This document shows positions 49,080-58,618 of a DNA stretch of 64,000 nucleotides, in pieces. Where the stretch lies: positions 2,560,001-2,624,000 of the forward strand of contig OZ242260.1 of the NCBI GenBank assembly GCA_965207065.1, written 5' to 3'. Within the stretch, counting starts at the first letter, position 1, and each line of letters opens with the position of its first letter. A program made the position numbers and the translations under genes. The notes below the pieces were generated by a model, which saw nothing but the letters and a program-made list of their open reading frames with translations, was not told the origin of the DNA and made no database searches. This stretch comes from a bacterium (GTDB taxonomy: Bacteria; UBA8248).

Positions 49080-50717
49080 CTAGGACGAACCTATTTCGTC
49101 GAGGCATGCGCTGACGATCACGGCGCTGGTCGTGGCTTCCGCCGTGATGACTCTGGTGGCGCCGGCGTTTCGCAGAGACTCCTCGTCCATGTCGTACATG
49201 GCGCGTGCGATGATGGGGGTGTCGGGAGCCGTCCGACGAATCGTAAGGGTCGCAAGCTCCGTGGCGCGGGTGTCGTTGATGGTCACCACCACCAGACGGG
49301 CATTCCTGCAGCCGAGTTCTTCCAGCACCTCCTTTTGCGTGACGTCACCGAAGACGGCCAGATCTCCCGCCGCTCTTGCCGCGCGCACGTTATCGACGTT
49401 CACGTCGACCGCAATACAGGCGTACCCCGCAGCGCGGGCGGCCTGACACACCTCTCGGCCCGCCCGGCCGTATCCGGCGACAATGATGTGGTCGCTGTGC
49501 GGTTCGTGAGCGTCGATTCCGGGAGGTTCGGCGCCCAGGAGCCGGTTCAGCCATGGGACGCGGTCCGCGCCGAGAGCCAGGTGCGGAGCGAATGCGATGA
49601 ACATCGGCGTGAGCAGCATGGAGAGGATGATCGCCACCAGGAGATTGTGGGATAAAACGTCGCCGAGAAGGCCGGTTCCCGAAGCCGCGTTCAGAAGCAC
49701 GAACGAAAACTCGCCGATTTGACATAAAGCCGCCGCCGACAGGATAGCCACGCGAAGCGGCAGTCGCAGAACGAACCCCGTCACGAGCATGATCGTGAAT
49801 TTACCGGCGAGGATGAGGCCGAGCAGCCGGAGAGTCGGCACGAAATGTTCGAGCACATCCGAAACGTCGAGCAGCATGCCCACGGAAACGAAAAATACGC
49901 TGGCGAATACTTCCCGCACGGGAATCAGATCCGACATTGCCTGGTGGCGAAACTCACTCCCGGCGACGACCAGACCGGCGAGGAATGCCCCGAGCGCGAG
50001 CGATATTCCCGCCTGCGAAAGTCCCCATGCGATTCCGAAGCATCCGAGAAAGACGGTCAGAACGAAAAGTTCCCTCTCTTTCGTCTTGGCCACGAAAGTG
50101 AGCAAATACGGAACGACGCGGACTGCTGCAACCAGCACCCCCACGAGGATGAGAAGACCGGTGATGGCCGCGAGTGCGACTTCATGAGTGGAGCTCTCTT
50201 GTCCGGCCAGGACAGGCACCGCCAGCAGCATGGGAACCACGCACAAATCCTGGAAGACAAGAATGCCGACGGCCAGACGGCCATGCGGCGAATCCAGTTC
50301 ACCCCGCGTAGACAGGCCGCGTAACACGACGGCGGTGCTGGATATGGCTACGACGCAGCCGAGAAATACCGCAGTCCCCGTTGGGAGTCCGAACCAGACG
50401 GCCAGGGCGGCTGTGCAGGCGACGGTGGCCGTCACCTGAATGCTTCCGGCCAGCAGGATGGCTTTCCAGAGGCGCCGCAGATGGCCGAGGGAGAGTTCCA
50501 GGCCAATCCCGAACAGAAGAAGCACGATGCCGATTTCGGCCAGCACCTCGACCTGATGGGTATCGTCTACGAGGCTCAACGCCGTGGGTCCGGCCAGGGC
50601 GCCTGCCAGGATAAACCCGGCGATGGATGGAACGCCCACGCGGCGCAATACCGTTGCGACCACGACCGCCAGGCCGAGTACGATTACCAGATCCCAGAGA
50701 TACTCGATTGCAGGCAA
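49080..50717 (-). CDS. CPA2 cation:proton antiporter with TrkA-N domain (KefC-like)
   Basis: LAEIGIVLLLFGIGLE, SSTAVV, GILVFQD, QIGEFSFVL, IVAGYGRAG; start codon approximate. Confidence 0.92.
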   Translation of the reverse strand: MPAIEYLWDLVIVLGLAVVVATVLRRVGVPSIAGFILAGALAGPTALSLVDDTHQVEVLAEIGIVLLLFGIGLELSLGHLRRLWKAILLAGSIQVTATVACTAALAVWFGLPTGTAVFLGCVVAISSTAVVLRGLSTRGELDSPHGRLAVGILVFQDLCVVPMLLAVPVLAGQESSTHEVALAAITGLLILVGVLVAAVRVVPYLLTFVAKTKERELFVLTVFLGCFGIAWGLSQAGISLALGAFLAGLVVAGSEFRHQAMSDLIPVREVFASVFFVSVGMLLDVSDVLEHFVPTLRLLGLILAGKFTIMLVTGFVLRLPLRVAILSAAALCQIGEFSFVLLNAASGTGLLGDVLSHNLLVAIILSMLLTPMFIAFAPHLALGADRVPWLNRLLGAEPPGIDAHEPHSDHIIVAGYGRAGREVCQAARAAGYACIAVDVNVDNVRAARAAGDLAVFGDVTQKEVLEELGCRNARLVVVTINDTRATELATLTIRRTAPDTPIIARAMYDMDEESLRNAGATRVITAEATTSAVIVSACLDEIGSS

Positions 50718-50984
50718 GCGTTTTCGCCTCCACGGCGCGGCGGCGTAGGCGGATGGTTTCATGGTCGGGGCGGAAACGGCGGACCATAGCGACTGATCGG
50801 CATACGACGAAGAACAGCTTATCATATTCGTAAATGACCCGCTCTGCATCGGAGATCATGAGTCGGCCTGCGCAATGTTTTCCTGGGAATCTACGTGCTG
50901 TGCGGCGCGGGTGGAAGGAATATCCGTCGATGATTCGAGCGGCAATAACGCTTCACCCGTTACGCCATCCATCGGCTTGAAAAC

Positions 50985-51098
50985 CAACCCCCCCTACCCC
51001 CCCTTGTCAGGGGGGTATAAAAAGGCGATGCGCCCCCGCCGGGCAGAGGGGGTTTTGCTTTTTCTTACCCCCCTGACAAGGGGGGGTAGGGGGGGTTG
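50985..51098. repeat. Long palindromic element, second copy of 13969-14081
   Basis: CAACCCCCCCTACCCCCCCTTGTCAGGGGGGTA arms in inverted orientation around a ~50-bp core. Confidence 0.9.
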
Positions 51099-51424
51099 CT
51101 TTTGTAGCGGGGGCGAGGCGCGGGTGGCGCGGTGGTTTTGCAGCCGTAGTGAAAGCCCCTCCTCGGGGCTGTCCCACAGGTCGCGACTCCGGACAACCTG
51201 GATAAGGGCCGTACGGCTACAGCCCCTCCCTCATCGGTTGCAATGCCGCTTCAAGGGGGGAGTAGTGCCGCTGGGACAGAACTCGATTTCCCATGAACCA
51301 CCACCCCGATTTGTTGTATGATGGCGGAAGGATTCATCGCGGCCCCGCATCGCCCGGTTGGGCCGTGAATCGAGTGAAGCCGTCTACAGCATTACCGGAA
51401 CAAATCATTACGGGAGAGAAAGCG

Positions 51425-52546
51425 ATGGAAGATGTACGCGTGGAGCGGATGGCGGAGATCATCACGGGGTATTCCTCAAAAATAAAGCGAGACGATCTCG
51501 TGGGCATCCGGGGCAGCACGGCCGCCGCTCCCCTGATTCGCGCGCTCTACGCCGAGTGCGTCCGGCGCGGCGCTCACGTTCATGCCGAGGTGTCGCTGCC
51601 GGGGCTGGAAGAGATTTTCTATGAGCACGCGAGCCGCAGGCAGATTTCCTTCCTCTCGCCCATGAGGCAATTCGAAGTCGAGAACGTGGACGTCGTCATC
51701 TCCATCCTCTCTGAGACGAACACCCGGCGGCTCTCGGGCGCGGACCCCAAAAAACAGGCGCTGGCTTCCAAGGCCAGACAGCCCATCATGGAAACCTTCA
51801 TGAAGCGCGCCGCCGAGCATGAAACGAAGGGGAAGGGGGGCCTCCGGTGGACGCTCACCCTGTTTCCCACGGACGCCTACGCCCAGGACGCCGAGATGGG
51901 GATCAGGGAATATGAGGATTTCGTCTTCGGCGCGTGTTTCGCAAATGAGGCGGGCGGCATCAGGCGCTGGCGGGCGCAGGACAGGCGTCAGGCGCGGGTC
52001 ATCCGCTACCTGAAGGGCCGCAAGGTGGTGGAAATCGGCGCGCCGGGCACTGATTTGAGAGTCGGCATCGCGGGGCGTCCGTTCATGAACTGCTCGGGGC
52101 ACAACAATTTCCCGGACGGCGAAGTCTTCACCGGCCCCCAGGAGAACAGGATCGACGGAAAAATCCGCTACTCCTTCCCCGCCTGCATCCAGGGGCGCGA
52201 GGTGGACGGCGTGGAACTCGAGTTCGAGAAGGGCGAGGTCGTAAAGGCGGCGGCCGAGAAGAACGAGGCGTTCCTGAAATCCATGATCGGCATGGACGAA
52301 GGCGCGAAGAGAGTGGGGGAATTCGCATTCGGCCTGAACGCCGGCATCCAGCGTTTTACGAAGAACACGCTGTTCGACGAGAAGATAGGCGGCACCCTGC
52401 ACCTGGCCCTGGGCAAGGGCTACCCCCAGAGCGGATCGAAAAACAACTCCGCGCTTCACTGGGACATGGTGTGCGATTTAAGGGGCGGCGGCGAGGTCTA
52501 CGTGGACGGAAAGCTCTTCTCGAAGGACGGGGAACTAAAGATTTAG
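51425..52546 (+). CDS. Aminopeptidase, peptidase M29 (AmpS/PepS type)
   Basis: NFPDGEVFTGP, GEFAFG, LFDEKIGGTLHLALG, SALHWDMV. Confidence 0.93.
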   Translation: MEDVRVERMAEIITGYSSKIKRDDLVGIRGSTAAAPLIRALYAECVRRGAHVHAEVSLPGLEEIFYEHASRRQISFLSPMRQFEVENVDVVISILSETNTRRLSGADPKKQALASKARQPIMETFMKRAAEHETKGKGGLRWTLTLFPTDAYAQDAEMGIREYEDFVFGACFANEAGGIRRWRAQDRRQARVIRYLKGRKVVEIGAPGTDLRVGIAGRPFMNCSGHNNFPDGEVFTGPQENRIDGKIRYSFPACIQGREVDGVELEFEKGEVVKAAAEKNEAFLKSMIGMDEGAKRVGEFAFGLNAGIQRFTKNTLFDEKIGGTLHLALGKGYPQSGSKNNSALHWDMVCDLRGGGEVYVDGKLFSKDGELKI

Positions 52547-52634
52547 CCGTGCCAGTAAAAAGCGGATACTCATCGGCTCCGGGGGTTGGTCGCCGGACAC
52601 TCAAAATGCTATTCTCCACGCGCCATTTCTAGAC

Positions 52635-52710
52635 GGGCGGGTAGCTCAGCTGGAAGAGCGGTGCCCTTACAAGGCATAGGTCGGAGGTTCGAACCCTCTC
52701 CCGCCCACCA
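52635..52710 (+). tRNA. tRNA-Val (anticodon TAC)
   Basis: GGGCGGG/CCCGCCC acceptor stem, D arm, GTGCC-CTTACAA-GGCAT anticodon arm, GTTCGAA T loop, encoded CCA. Confidence 0.97.
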
Positions 52711-52770
52711 CGTAACAGATCTGTCTTTGACACTTGACTACGCCGTATTCCTGAATTATCGACAGTTCCG

Positions 52771-53511
52771 TCAATTCCTGATTCCACTCCGTTGACTGAC
52801 GTGATTCAGGCGATGTTCAAAATACCTGCGGAACACCTCGTTTTCGGGATAAGCTTCCGGATCTGCCCAACTCGCTCCAATTCGTCCGACCAGCCCCGCA
52901 ATCCAATCGGCAGCCTGTATGGTTTGATAGCGGTGGCTCTCCAGATGGAACGGCTGCTCAATCAGACATCGATACGACTGAATTCCATACATGCTTTGCG
53001 CCGCCTTTGTAAGTAACGCCGAGCTGTGATCGTGTTCATCAAGTATCAAAAGAAAATTTTCCGGTGGCTCGCAATCTTCAGAGCAGAACCCATTGATCCG
53101 CTTGATGGCCTCAACAAGAATCCGTTCGTAGAGTAGATTTGGCTTGTGATTATCAGGTCTGGCGCTTTTCTTAATCCCAACATAGAAAACATAACCGCCG
53201 AGTTTATCGATCTTGCTCAAAAGGCGGTTTGTGAACCTTCGCAATTCAGGGTACTTGTTTACGTTGGTTACCGTATAAAGACTGGCTCCCTTTTTCTCCC
53301 ACTGGGCAGGATTTTTCCCCGACCGTTTAATCTCGAAATCGAGTAGTTCGCATTTGCGCTGAAAAAACCATGTCCCGAACCCACGTACTTCATCGGATGG
53401 AAGTACGAAGCCGGCAAGGCCGAACACGGGGCTGTCGTTGTGGGTCGGATGACCCCGGTTGATGTAAGGCCCGATATGTCCAAATTCGTCGAGATAGGCG
53501 ATGTAAGTCAA
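52771..53511 (-). CDS. DUF3800-family protein
   Basis: N-terminal 'AYLDEFG', 'FGLAGFV', C-terminal 'SHRYQTIQAADWIAG'; probable TTG start 53511; visibly lower GC than neighbours. Confidence 0.8.
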   Translation of the reverse strand: MTYIAYLDEFGHIGPYINRGHPTHNDSPVFGLAGFVLPSDEVRGFGTWFFQRKCELLDFEIKRSGKNPAQWEKKGASLYTVTNVNKYPELRRFTNRLLSKIDKLGGYVFYVGIKKSARPDNHKPNLLYERILVEAIKRINGFCSEDCEPPENFLLILDEHDHSSALLTKAAQSMYGIQSYRCLIEQPFHLESHRYQTIQAADWIAGLVGRIGASWADPEAYPENEVFRRYFEHRLNHVSQRSGIRN

Positions 53512-53534
53512 TGATCGACCCAAGAACGGAAAAA

Positions 53535-53608
53535 CGCGAAAACCCACGCCGGAGCGTGGGTCTCGGAATGAAGGGCAATCCTGTATTGACACCTAGGATT
53601 GCGTCTCA
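53535..53608 (-). ncRNA. Candidate small RNA / structured leader upstream of DUF3800 gene
   Basis: Hairpin GCAATCCT-aggtgtcaatac-AGGATTGC (53602-53575), then terminator-like GAGACCCACGC-TCCG-GCGTGGGTTTT; TTGACT-17nt-TATATA promoter-like boxes at 53643-53615. Confidence 0.55.
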
Positions 53609-53706
53609 AGGAAATATATAAGTCATCATATTGACATAGTCAACCAGCATCTTCAGGTGAAGAAATAGAGCCTGTATGTCCAGAGTTTAACTATGCCGCT
53701 TGCAAA

Positions 53707-53736
53707 CCGGGGGTGGGGAATCTCTCCCCACCCCCG
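53707..53736. terminator. GC-rich stem-loop after hcmA
   Basis: CGGGGGTGGGGA-atctc-TCCCCACCCCCG; a similar hairpin lies at about 58549-58580 after the CocE gene. Confidence 0.6.
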
Positions 53737-53820
53737 ATGATTTTCAACTTAAGCGGCTTGGGCTGTTCCTGAACCGCTTTCTGCGACTTGCCTCGCCACC
53801 GCGCCAGGCCGTCGTCTGAA

Positions 53821-55512
53821 TCAGAAAACCGGCGTTTCCCGGTAAGTGCCCCAGACTGTCTTCAGTTTCCCGGTGATTTCTCCCATCGTTGCGCCCTCGC
53901 GCACGAGTTCAACCGTGACGGGCATGATGTTCCGCGTCTCGTCCTTTGCGTCCGAGACGAGTTTTTCCAGAAGCGTCCCGACCTTGGCGTTGTCGCGCTC
54001 GGCGCGCACCCTCCTCGTCCGCGCGATCTGCCGCTCGGCGGTCGAGTAGTCATAGGGATGGGTCTCGATCTCCTGGTTCTCGTCCTCCTCGACCAGGGTG
54101 TTGACCCCGATGACCGGCTTCTCGCCGGATTGCTTGCGCAGGGCGGTCTCATAGGCGAAGTCGGCGATCTGCTTCTGGAACCAGCCTTCCTCGATCAGTT
54201 TGACCGTGCCGCCGTTTTCATCCACATAGTCGAGAATCTCGAATATGCGCTTCTCGAACTCGTTGGTCAGGCTCTCGAGGTAGTAGGAGCCGCCCACCGG
54301 ATCGATGACGTTGGCGACGTTCGTTTCCTCTGCGATTACCTGCTGCGTGCGCAAGGCCAGCCGCATGGCGTCTTCGGTCGGAATCGCGAACGCTTCGTCA
54401 TAGCCGTTCGTGTGCAGCGACTGGCAACCGCCCAGTACCGCGGCGAGAGCCTGGAACGCGGTGCGCACGATGTTGATCCGGAATTGCGGCTTGGTCAGGG
54501 TCGCGGCCGCGGTCTGGCAGTGGAAGCGAAGCCGCATCGATTCGGGGTTCTTTGCGCCGAATCGCTCCTTCATGATCCTGGCGTAACAGCGGCGCAGCGC
54601 CCGGAACTTGGCGACCTCCTCGAACAGGTCCGCCTGCGAGACGTAGAAGAAAGCGAGCCTCGGCGCGAACTCGTCGACGTCCATGCCGGTCTTCAGCACC
54701 TCCTCCACGTAGACGATCAGGTTGGCCATGGTGAAGGCGGCCTCCTGCAGGGGCGAGGCGCCGGCTTCGGAGATGTGATAACCCGAGATGTTGATCGGGT
54801 TGTAGCGCTTCATGTTGCGGCCGCAGAAGGATATGCAGTCGCGCACGATGCGGACCGACGGCGCGATGGGGTAGATGAACTCCTTCTGCGCCATATACTC
54901 TTTGAGTATGTCCGCCTGGATGGTGCCCGAGAGCCTGTTCAGGTCGAGGCCGCGCTTCTCGGCCAGCGCCACGTACATGGCGAGCAGGATCCAGGCGCTG
55001 GGGTTGATGGTCATCGACACGGAGATGTTCTCGAGGTCGATGCCGTCGTAGAGCGCCTCCATGTCGGCGAGCGTATCCACGGCCACGCCTTCGCGGCCCA
55101 CCTCGCCCTCGCTCATCGGATGGTCGGAGTCGTAGCCCATGAGCGTGGGCATGTCGAAGTCGGTCGACAGGCCCGTCTGCCCCTGCGAGATCAGGTATTT
55201 GAAGCGTTCGTTGGTGTCTTCGCCGGTGCCGAAACCGGCGATCTGGCGCATGGTCCACACCCGGCTGCGGTACATCGTCGGGTAGGGCCCGCGCGTAAAG
55301 GGGTAGCGCCCCGGCAGGCCGATATCTTCGAGCGGCGTTTCTTCGGTATCGGCGGCGGTATAGACGCGCTGCACCGGAAAATCGCCGGTTGTGAAGAACT
55401 GCTCCTTGCGCTCGGCCTGTTTGTTCAGGAAGGCGGCGACCTCGTTGCTCTCCCAATCCTCGATCTCGCCCCGTAGTTTCTCAAGCGGATTTTGAGTGAA
55501 CATCTCGTTCAT
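53821..55512 (-). CDS. hcmA: 2-hydroxyisobutyryl-CoA mutase large subunit (B12-dependent acyl-CoA mutase)
   Basis: WTMRQIAGFG (Ile where MCM has Tyr and ICM Phe), STDFDMPTLMG (Asp), C-terminus WGTYRETPVF as in characterised HcmA. Confidence 0.92.
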   Translation of the reverse strand: MNEMFTQNPLEKLRGEIEDWESNEVAAFLNKQAERKEQFFTTGDFPVQRVYTAADTEETPLEDIGLPGRYPFTRGPYPTMYRSRVWTMRQIAGFGTGEDTNERFKYLISQGQTGLSTDFDMPTLMGYDSDHPMSEGEVGREGVAVDTLADMEALYDGIDLENISVSMTINPSAWILLAMYVALAEKRGLDLNRLSGTIQADILKEYMAQKEFIYPIAPSVRIVRDCISFCGRNMKRYNPINISGYHISEAGASPLQEAAFTMANLIVYVEEVLKTGMDVDEFAPRLAFFYVSQADLFEEVAKFRALRRCYARIMKERFGAKNPESMRLRFHCQTAAATLTKPQFRINIVRTAFQALAAVLGGCQSLHTNGYDEAFAIPTEDAMRLALRTQQVIAEETNVANVIDPVGGSYYLESLTNEFEKRIFEILDYVDENGGTVKLIEEGWFQKQIADFAYETALRKQSGEKPVIGVNTLVEEDENQEIETHPYDYSTAERQIARTRRVRAERDNAKVGTLLEKLVSDAKDETRNIMPVTVELVREGATMGEITGKLKTVWGTYRETPVF

Positions 55513-56485
55513 GGTCTCCCTCTCTTTCGAGCGTCGTCGAGAGCAATTCCTCCGCCAGCGTATAGGGGTCGCTCTCCCGGCGCATGAGCTGTCCGGCGAG
55601 TTTAGCACTCGCCGACGCTGCAGCGGTGTTGAATCGATCATACAACAGGTTTTCGGCGGTCTTGCGCAGCCGGAATTCCGCGATGCTTTGGCGCCGCGCC
55701 AGGCCCGCATCGGTATCCGTGGTCAGGTCGCGATGCCGGGTGATCGCCTCCAGCAGCTCATCGAGTCCTTCTCCGGTAACAGCGCTGGTGCCGATCACGG
55801 GGGCGGCCCGGTCGGATGGTTCGTGCCCGCCCGTTCCCAGCGTCAGCATCTGCTTCAAGTCGGTCAGCGTCCGGTTGGCGTCGCTGCGGTCGCATTTCGA
55901 CACGACGTGGATGTCTGCGATCTCCAGGAGGCCCGCCTTGATCGCCTGGACATCGTCGCCGAGGCCGGGCGCGGAGACCACCACCGTGGTGTGGGAAGCT
56001 TGTACGATCTCGACCTCGTCCTGGCCCACGCCGACGGTTTCCAGAATGATGACCCCGAAACCGGCGGCATCGAGAATATCGGCCGCCTCGAGGGCCGCGC
56101 GCGCCATGCCGCCGGTCGCCCCGTGCGTGGCCATGCTGCGGATATAGACGCCGGGGTCGGCGCTCAATTCGCTCATGCGGATGCGGTCTCCCAGGATGGA
56201 GCCGCCCGAATACGGAGAGGACGGATCGATCGCGATGACGCCGACCTTCTCGCCGCCCGAACGCAGTCTTTGCGCCAGCCCGCTGACGAGTGTGGATTTT
56301 CCGCTGCCGGGCACCCCGGTCACCCCGACGACGTGCGCTCGTCCGGCGAGCTTGTGAATCCGGGCGAGTGCGTCGCGCGCTTCCGCCAGGCCCGACTCCG
56401 CGCGCGAAATGAGGCGGCCGATCGCGGCCGTCTCGCCTGCCTGAACGCGGGCGATGAGTTCCACCGAAGGGACGTAGACGCCCAT
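55481..56485 (-). CDS. meaB: MeaB-family G-protein chaperone of the mutase
   Basis: GVTGVPGSGKSTL, IDPSSPYSGGSILGDRIRM, ETVGVGQ. Confidence 0.95.
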   Translation of the reverse strand: MGVYVPSVELIARVQAGETAAIGRLISRAESGLAEARDALARIHKLAGRAHVVGVTGVPGSGKSTLVSGLAQRLRSGGEKVGVIAIDPSSPYSGGSILGDRIRMSELSADPGVYIRSMATHGATGGMARAALEAADILDAAGFGVIILETVGVGQDEVEIVQASHTTVVVSAPGLGDDVQAIKAGLLEIADIHVVSKCDRSDANRTLTDLKQMLTLGTGGHEPSDRAAPVIGTSAVTGEGLDELLEAITRHRDLTTDTDAGLARRQSIAEFRLRKTAENLLYDRFNTAAASASAKLAGQLMRRESDPYTLAEELLSTTLEREGDHERDVHSKSA

Positions 56486-57915
56486 CAGCGGTTTTCTTCA
56501 TCCAGTTGCGTCTGCATCTCCTGAAAGACGTCCCTGTCGTCGATCACGCGGCGCGCCTTGAAATCCGTCCGGGGTATCGAACCCGGCTCGGCGATCTCCA
56601 CGCCCGTCCGCAGCCCGAGCACCATCTGCAATTTATGCGCCACCTCGGTGCAGAACCGGGCGGTGTCCTCGGGGTCGGCGAAGGTTTCGGCGTCGGCCTC
56701 GACGCGCAGCAGCAACTCGTCCATCGCCGCCTCGCGGCTGATCACGATCCGGTGCTCTCCGCCATAGTGAGCCAGTTCGTTGAGCGCGGCGTCTATCTCG
56801 CTGGGATACACATTCTCGCCGCGGATCGTGAACATGTCGTCGATGCGCCCGAAAATACCGTGCGGCAGGCGCGGATAGGTGCGTCCGCACGGGTTCGGTT
56901 CGTCCACCCACCGGGTCAGGTCTCCCGACACCAGGCGGATCATCGGCTGGGAGGCTCGTTCGAGGTGGGTGTACACGGGCGTTCCCCGTTCTCCGTAGGG
57001 GACCCGGCGCATGGTTTCGGGGTCGCACACTTCCGTGTAGACGACGTCCTGCCAGCAGAGCATTCCGTCCGTCTCGATCGAACTCGCCACGTTCATCCAC
57101 GGGCTCATCTCGGCCATGGAACCGCTGTCGTACACCTTGGCCCCGTAGATCCCCTCGATGCGCTCGCGGATGGCCGGTATCGAGGCGCCGGGCTCACCGG
57201 AGAAGAACATGATCTTGAGCTGCATGTCGCGCGGGTCCAGGCCCTCGTCTTCCGCGACCTGGGCGAGGTGCAGGGCGTAGGTCGGCGTACCGTAGAAGGC
57301 GGTGGGCTTCAGCATGTCGAGCCATTGCACGCAGCGCGCCGACATGCCGGACGCGCCGGCGCCGAACGGGAACGCTCTTGCGCCGAGGCGTTCCGCGCCG
57401 GCGAGCGCCCCCCAGCTCCCCATGTAGAGGGAGAACACGGCGGCGACGCAAATCGTATCCCCGGGGCGCAGGCCCATGCCCCACATGACGCGCGCATGCG
57501 CGTTGGCGATGGCGCGCCAGTCGCCCTGCGAGATGGCGAAGGCGGTAGGCCGCCCGGTCGTGCCGCTCGTGCCGTGGATGTGATAGACGTCGCTCTCGCC
57601 CACGCAGAGATAATCGCCAAAGGGCGGATGGCGTTCCTGGGCTTCGCGCAGGTCCTTCTTGGTCAGGACCGGGACCTTCTCCTCGAAGTCCTCGAGCGAT
57701 TTGAGTTGGCTCGGGTGAAAACCGGCCTCATCCCATTTGCGGCGATAGAGGGGAGCATGTTCGTAGGCATAGGAGCAGACCTGGCAGAGGCGCTCCAGGA
57801 TGGCCTTCTCCCGGTCTCCCGCCGGCATCGTCTCCCGCCGGGGGAACCAGTAGCGGCTATCCGGAGGCGGCAGAAAGTTCTCGTCGTAAGCGGGTGGGAA
57901 TGACCAGGACTCCAT
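56485..57915 (-). CDS. hcl: PaaK-like acyl-CoA ligase, probable 2-hydroxyisobutyrate-CoA ligase
   Basis: HGTSGTTGRP, SGEPG, GRIDDMFTIRGENVYP; position inside hcm operon. Confidence 0.8.
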   Translation of the reverse strand: MESWSFPPAYDENFLPPPDSRYWFPRRETMPAGDREKAILERLCQVCSYAYEHAPLYRRKWDEAGFHPSQLKSLEDFEEKVPVLTKKDLREAQERHPPFGDYLCVGESDVYHIHGTSGTTGRPTAFAISQGDWRAIANAHARVMWGMGLRPGDTICVAAVFSLYMGSWGALAGAERLGARAFPFGAGASGMSARCVQWLDMLKPTAFYGTPTYALHLAQVAEDEGLDPRDMQLKIMFFSGEPGASIPAIRERIEGIYGAKVYDSGSMAEMSPWMNVASSIETDGMLCWQDVVYTEVCDPETMRRVPYGERGTPVYTHLERASQPMIRLVSGDLTRWVDEPNPCGRTYPRLPHGIFGRIDDMFTIRGENVYPSEIDAALNELAHYGGEHRIVISREAAMDELLLRVEADAETFADPEDTARFCTEVAHKLQMVLGLRTGVEIAEPGSIPRTDFKARRVIDDRDVFQEMQTQLDEENR

Positions 57916-57925
57916 GGGTGCCTGC

Positions 57926-58333
57926 TTAGCGCGCGCCGCGCTCCTCCACGAGACGGGTCAGCGTGTCGATGATCGTTTGCGGCGGCGTATCCTGGAGCAA
58001 CACCTTGCTGACCCCCATTTTCTTGAGGCTGACCACGTCTTCGTCCGGCATGACGCCGCCGGCCACGACGATCATGTCATCGGCGCCGCTGGCCCGGAGC
58101 ATGTCGAATATCTTGGGGAACACCGTCATCTGCACCCCGGACAGGAGACTTACGCCCAGCACGTCGACGTCTTCCTGCACGGCGGCGGTCACCACCTCTT
58201 CCGGTGTGCGGTGCAGGCCGGTGTAGATCACGTCCATGCCGGCGTCGCGAAGGGCGCGGGCGACGATCTTGACGCCCCGGTCGTGACCGTCGAGACCCAC
58301 CTTCGCCAGCAGGACGCGAATTGGCTGACTCAT
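57926..58333 (-). CDS. hcmB: Cobalamin-binding small subunit of the mutase
   Basis: KVGLDGHDRG (DxHxxG), GVSLLSG, VAGG. Confidence 0.9.
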   Translation of the reverse strand: MSQPIRVLLAKVGLDGHDRGVKIVARALRDAGMDVIYTGLHRTPEEVVTAAVQEDVDVLGVSLLSGVQMTVFPKIFDMLRASGADDMIVVAGGVMPDEDVVSLKKMGVSKVLLQDTPPQTIIDTLTRLVEERGAR

Positions 58334-58618
58334 GAGGCGTTCCTCATCGGGTTCTGATTTGTTTACGGAATCAGTATACAACCAGCACGGGAAAAACCAT
58401 ACCGTCAAGGAGAAACAGAATCGGCTCGGGGGGATCGACCTCGAGGACATTCTCGACTACCTGGAGAAAACCGCCCTGAAGGGACAAAAATCATTTCGGA
58501 TTCGCAATTGTTTTGCTTCGCCACGGCGTTTATCCGGGAGCAGGGACGCCGGGGGTGAAGAGAAATCCCCCCACCCCCGGTGTGTTACATCCTGAACCTT
58601 AAGCAGCTATTTTGCGTT

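Noticed and set aside
52711-53820. Prophage or integrative element at tRNA-Val
   Set aside because: No integrase and no duplicated tRNA 3' end found; only a single-gene islet is supported.
53788-55476. 562-aa plus-strand ORF
   Set aside because: Antisense shadow of hcmA, expected in GC-rich coding DNA.
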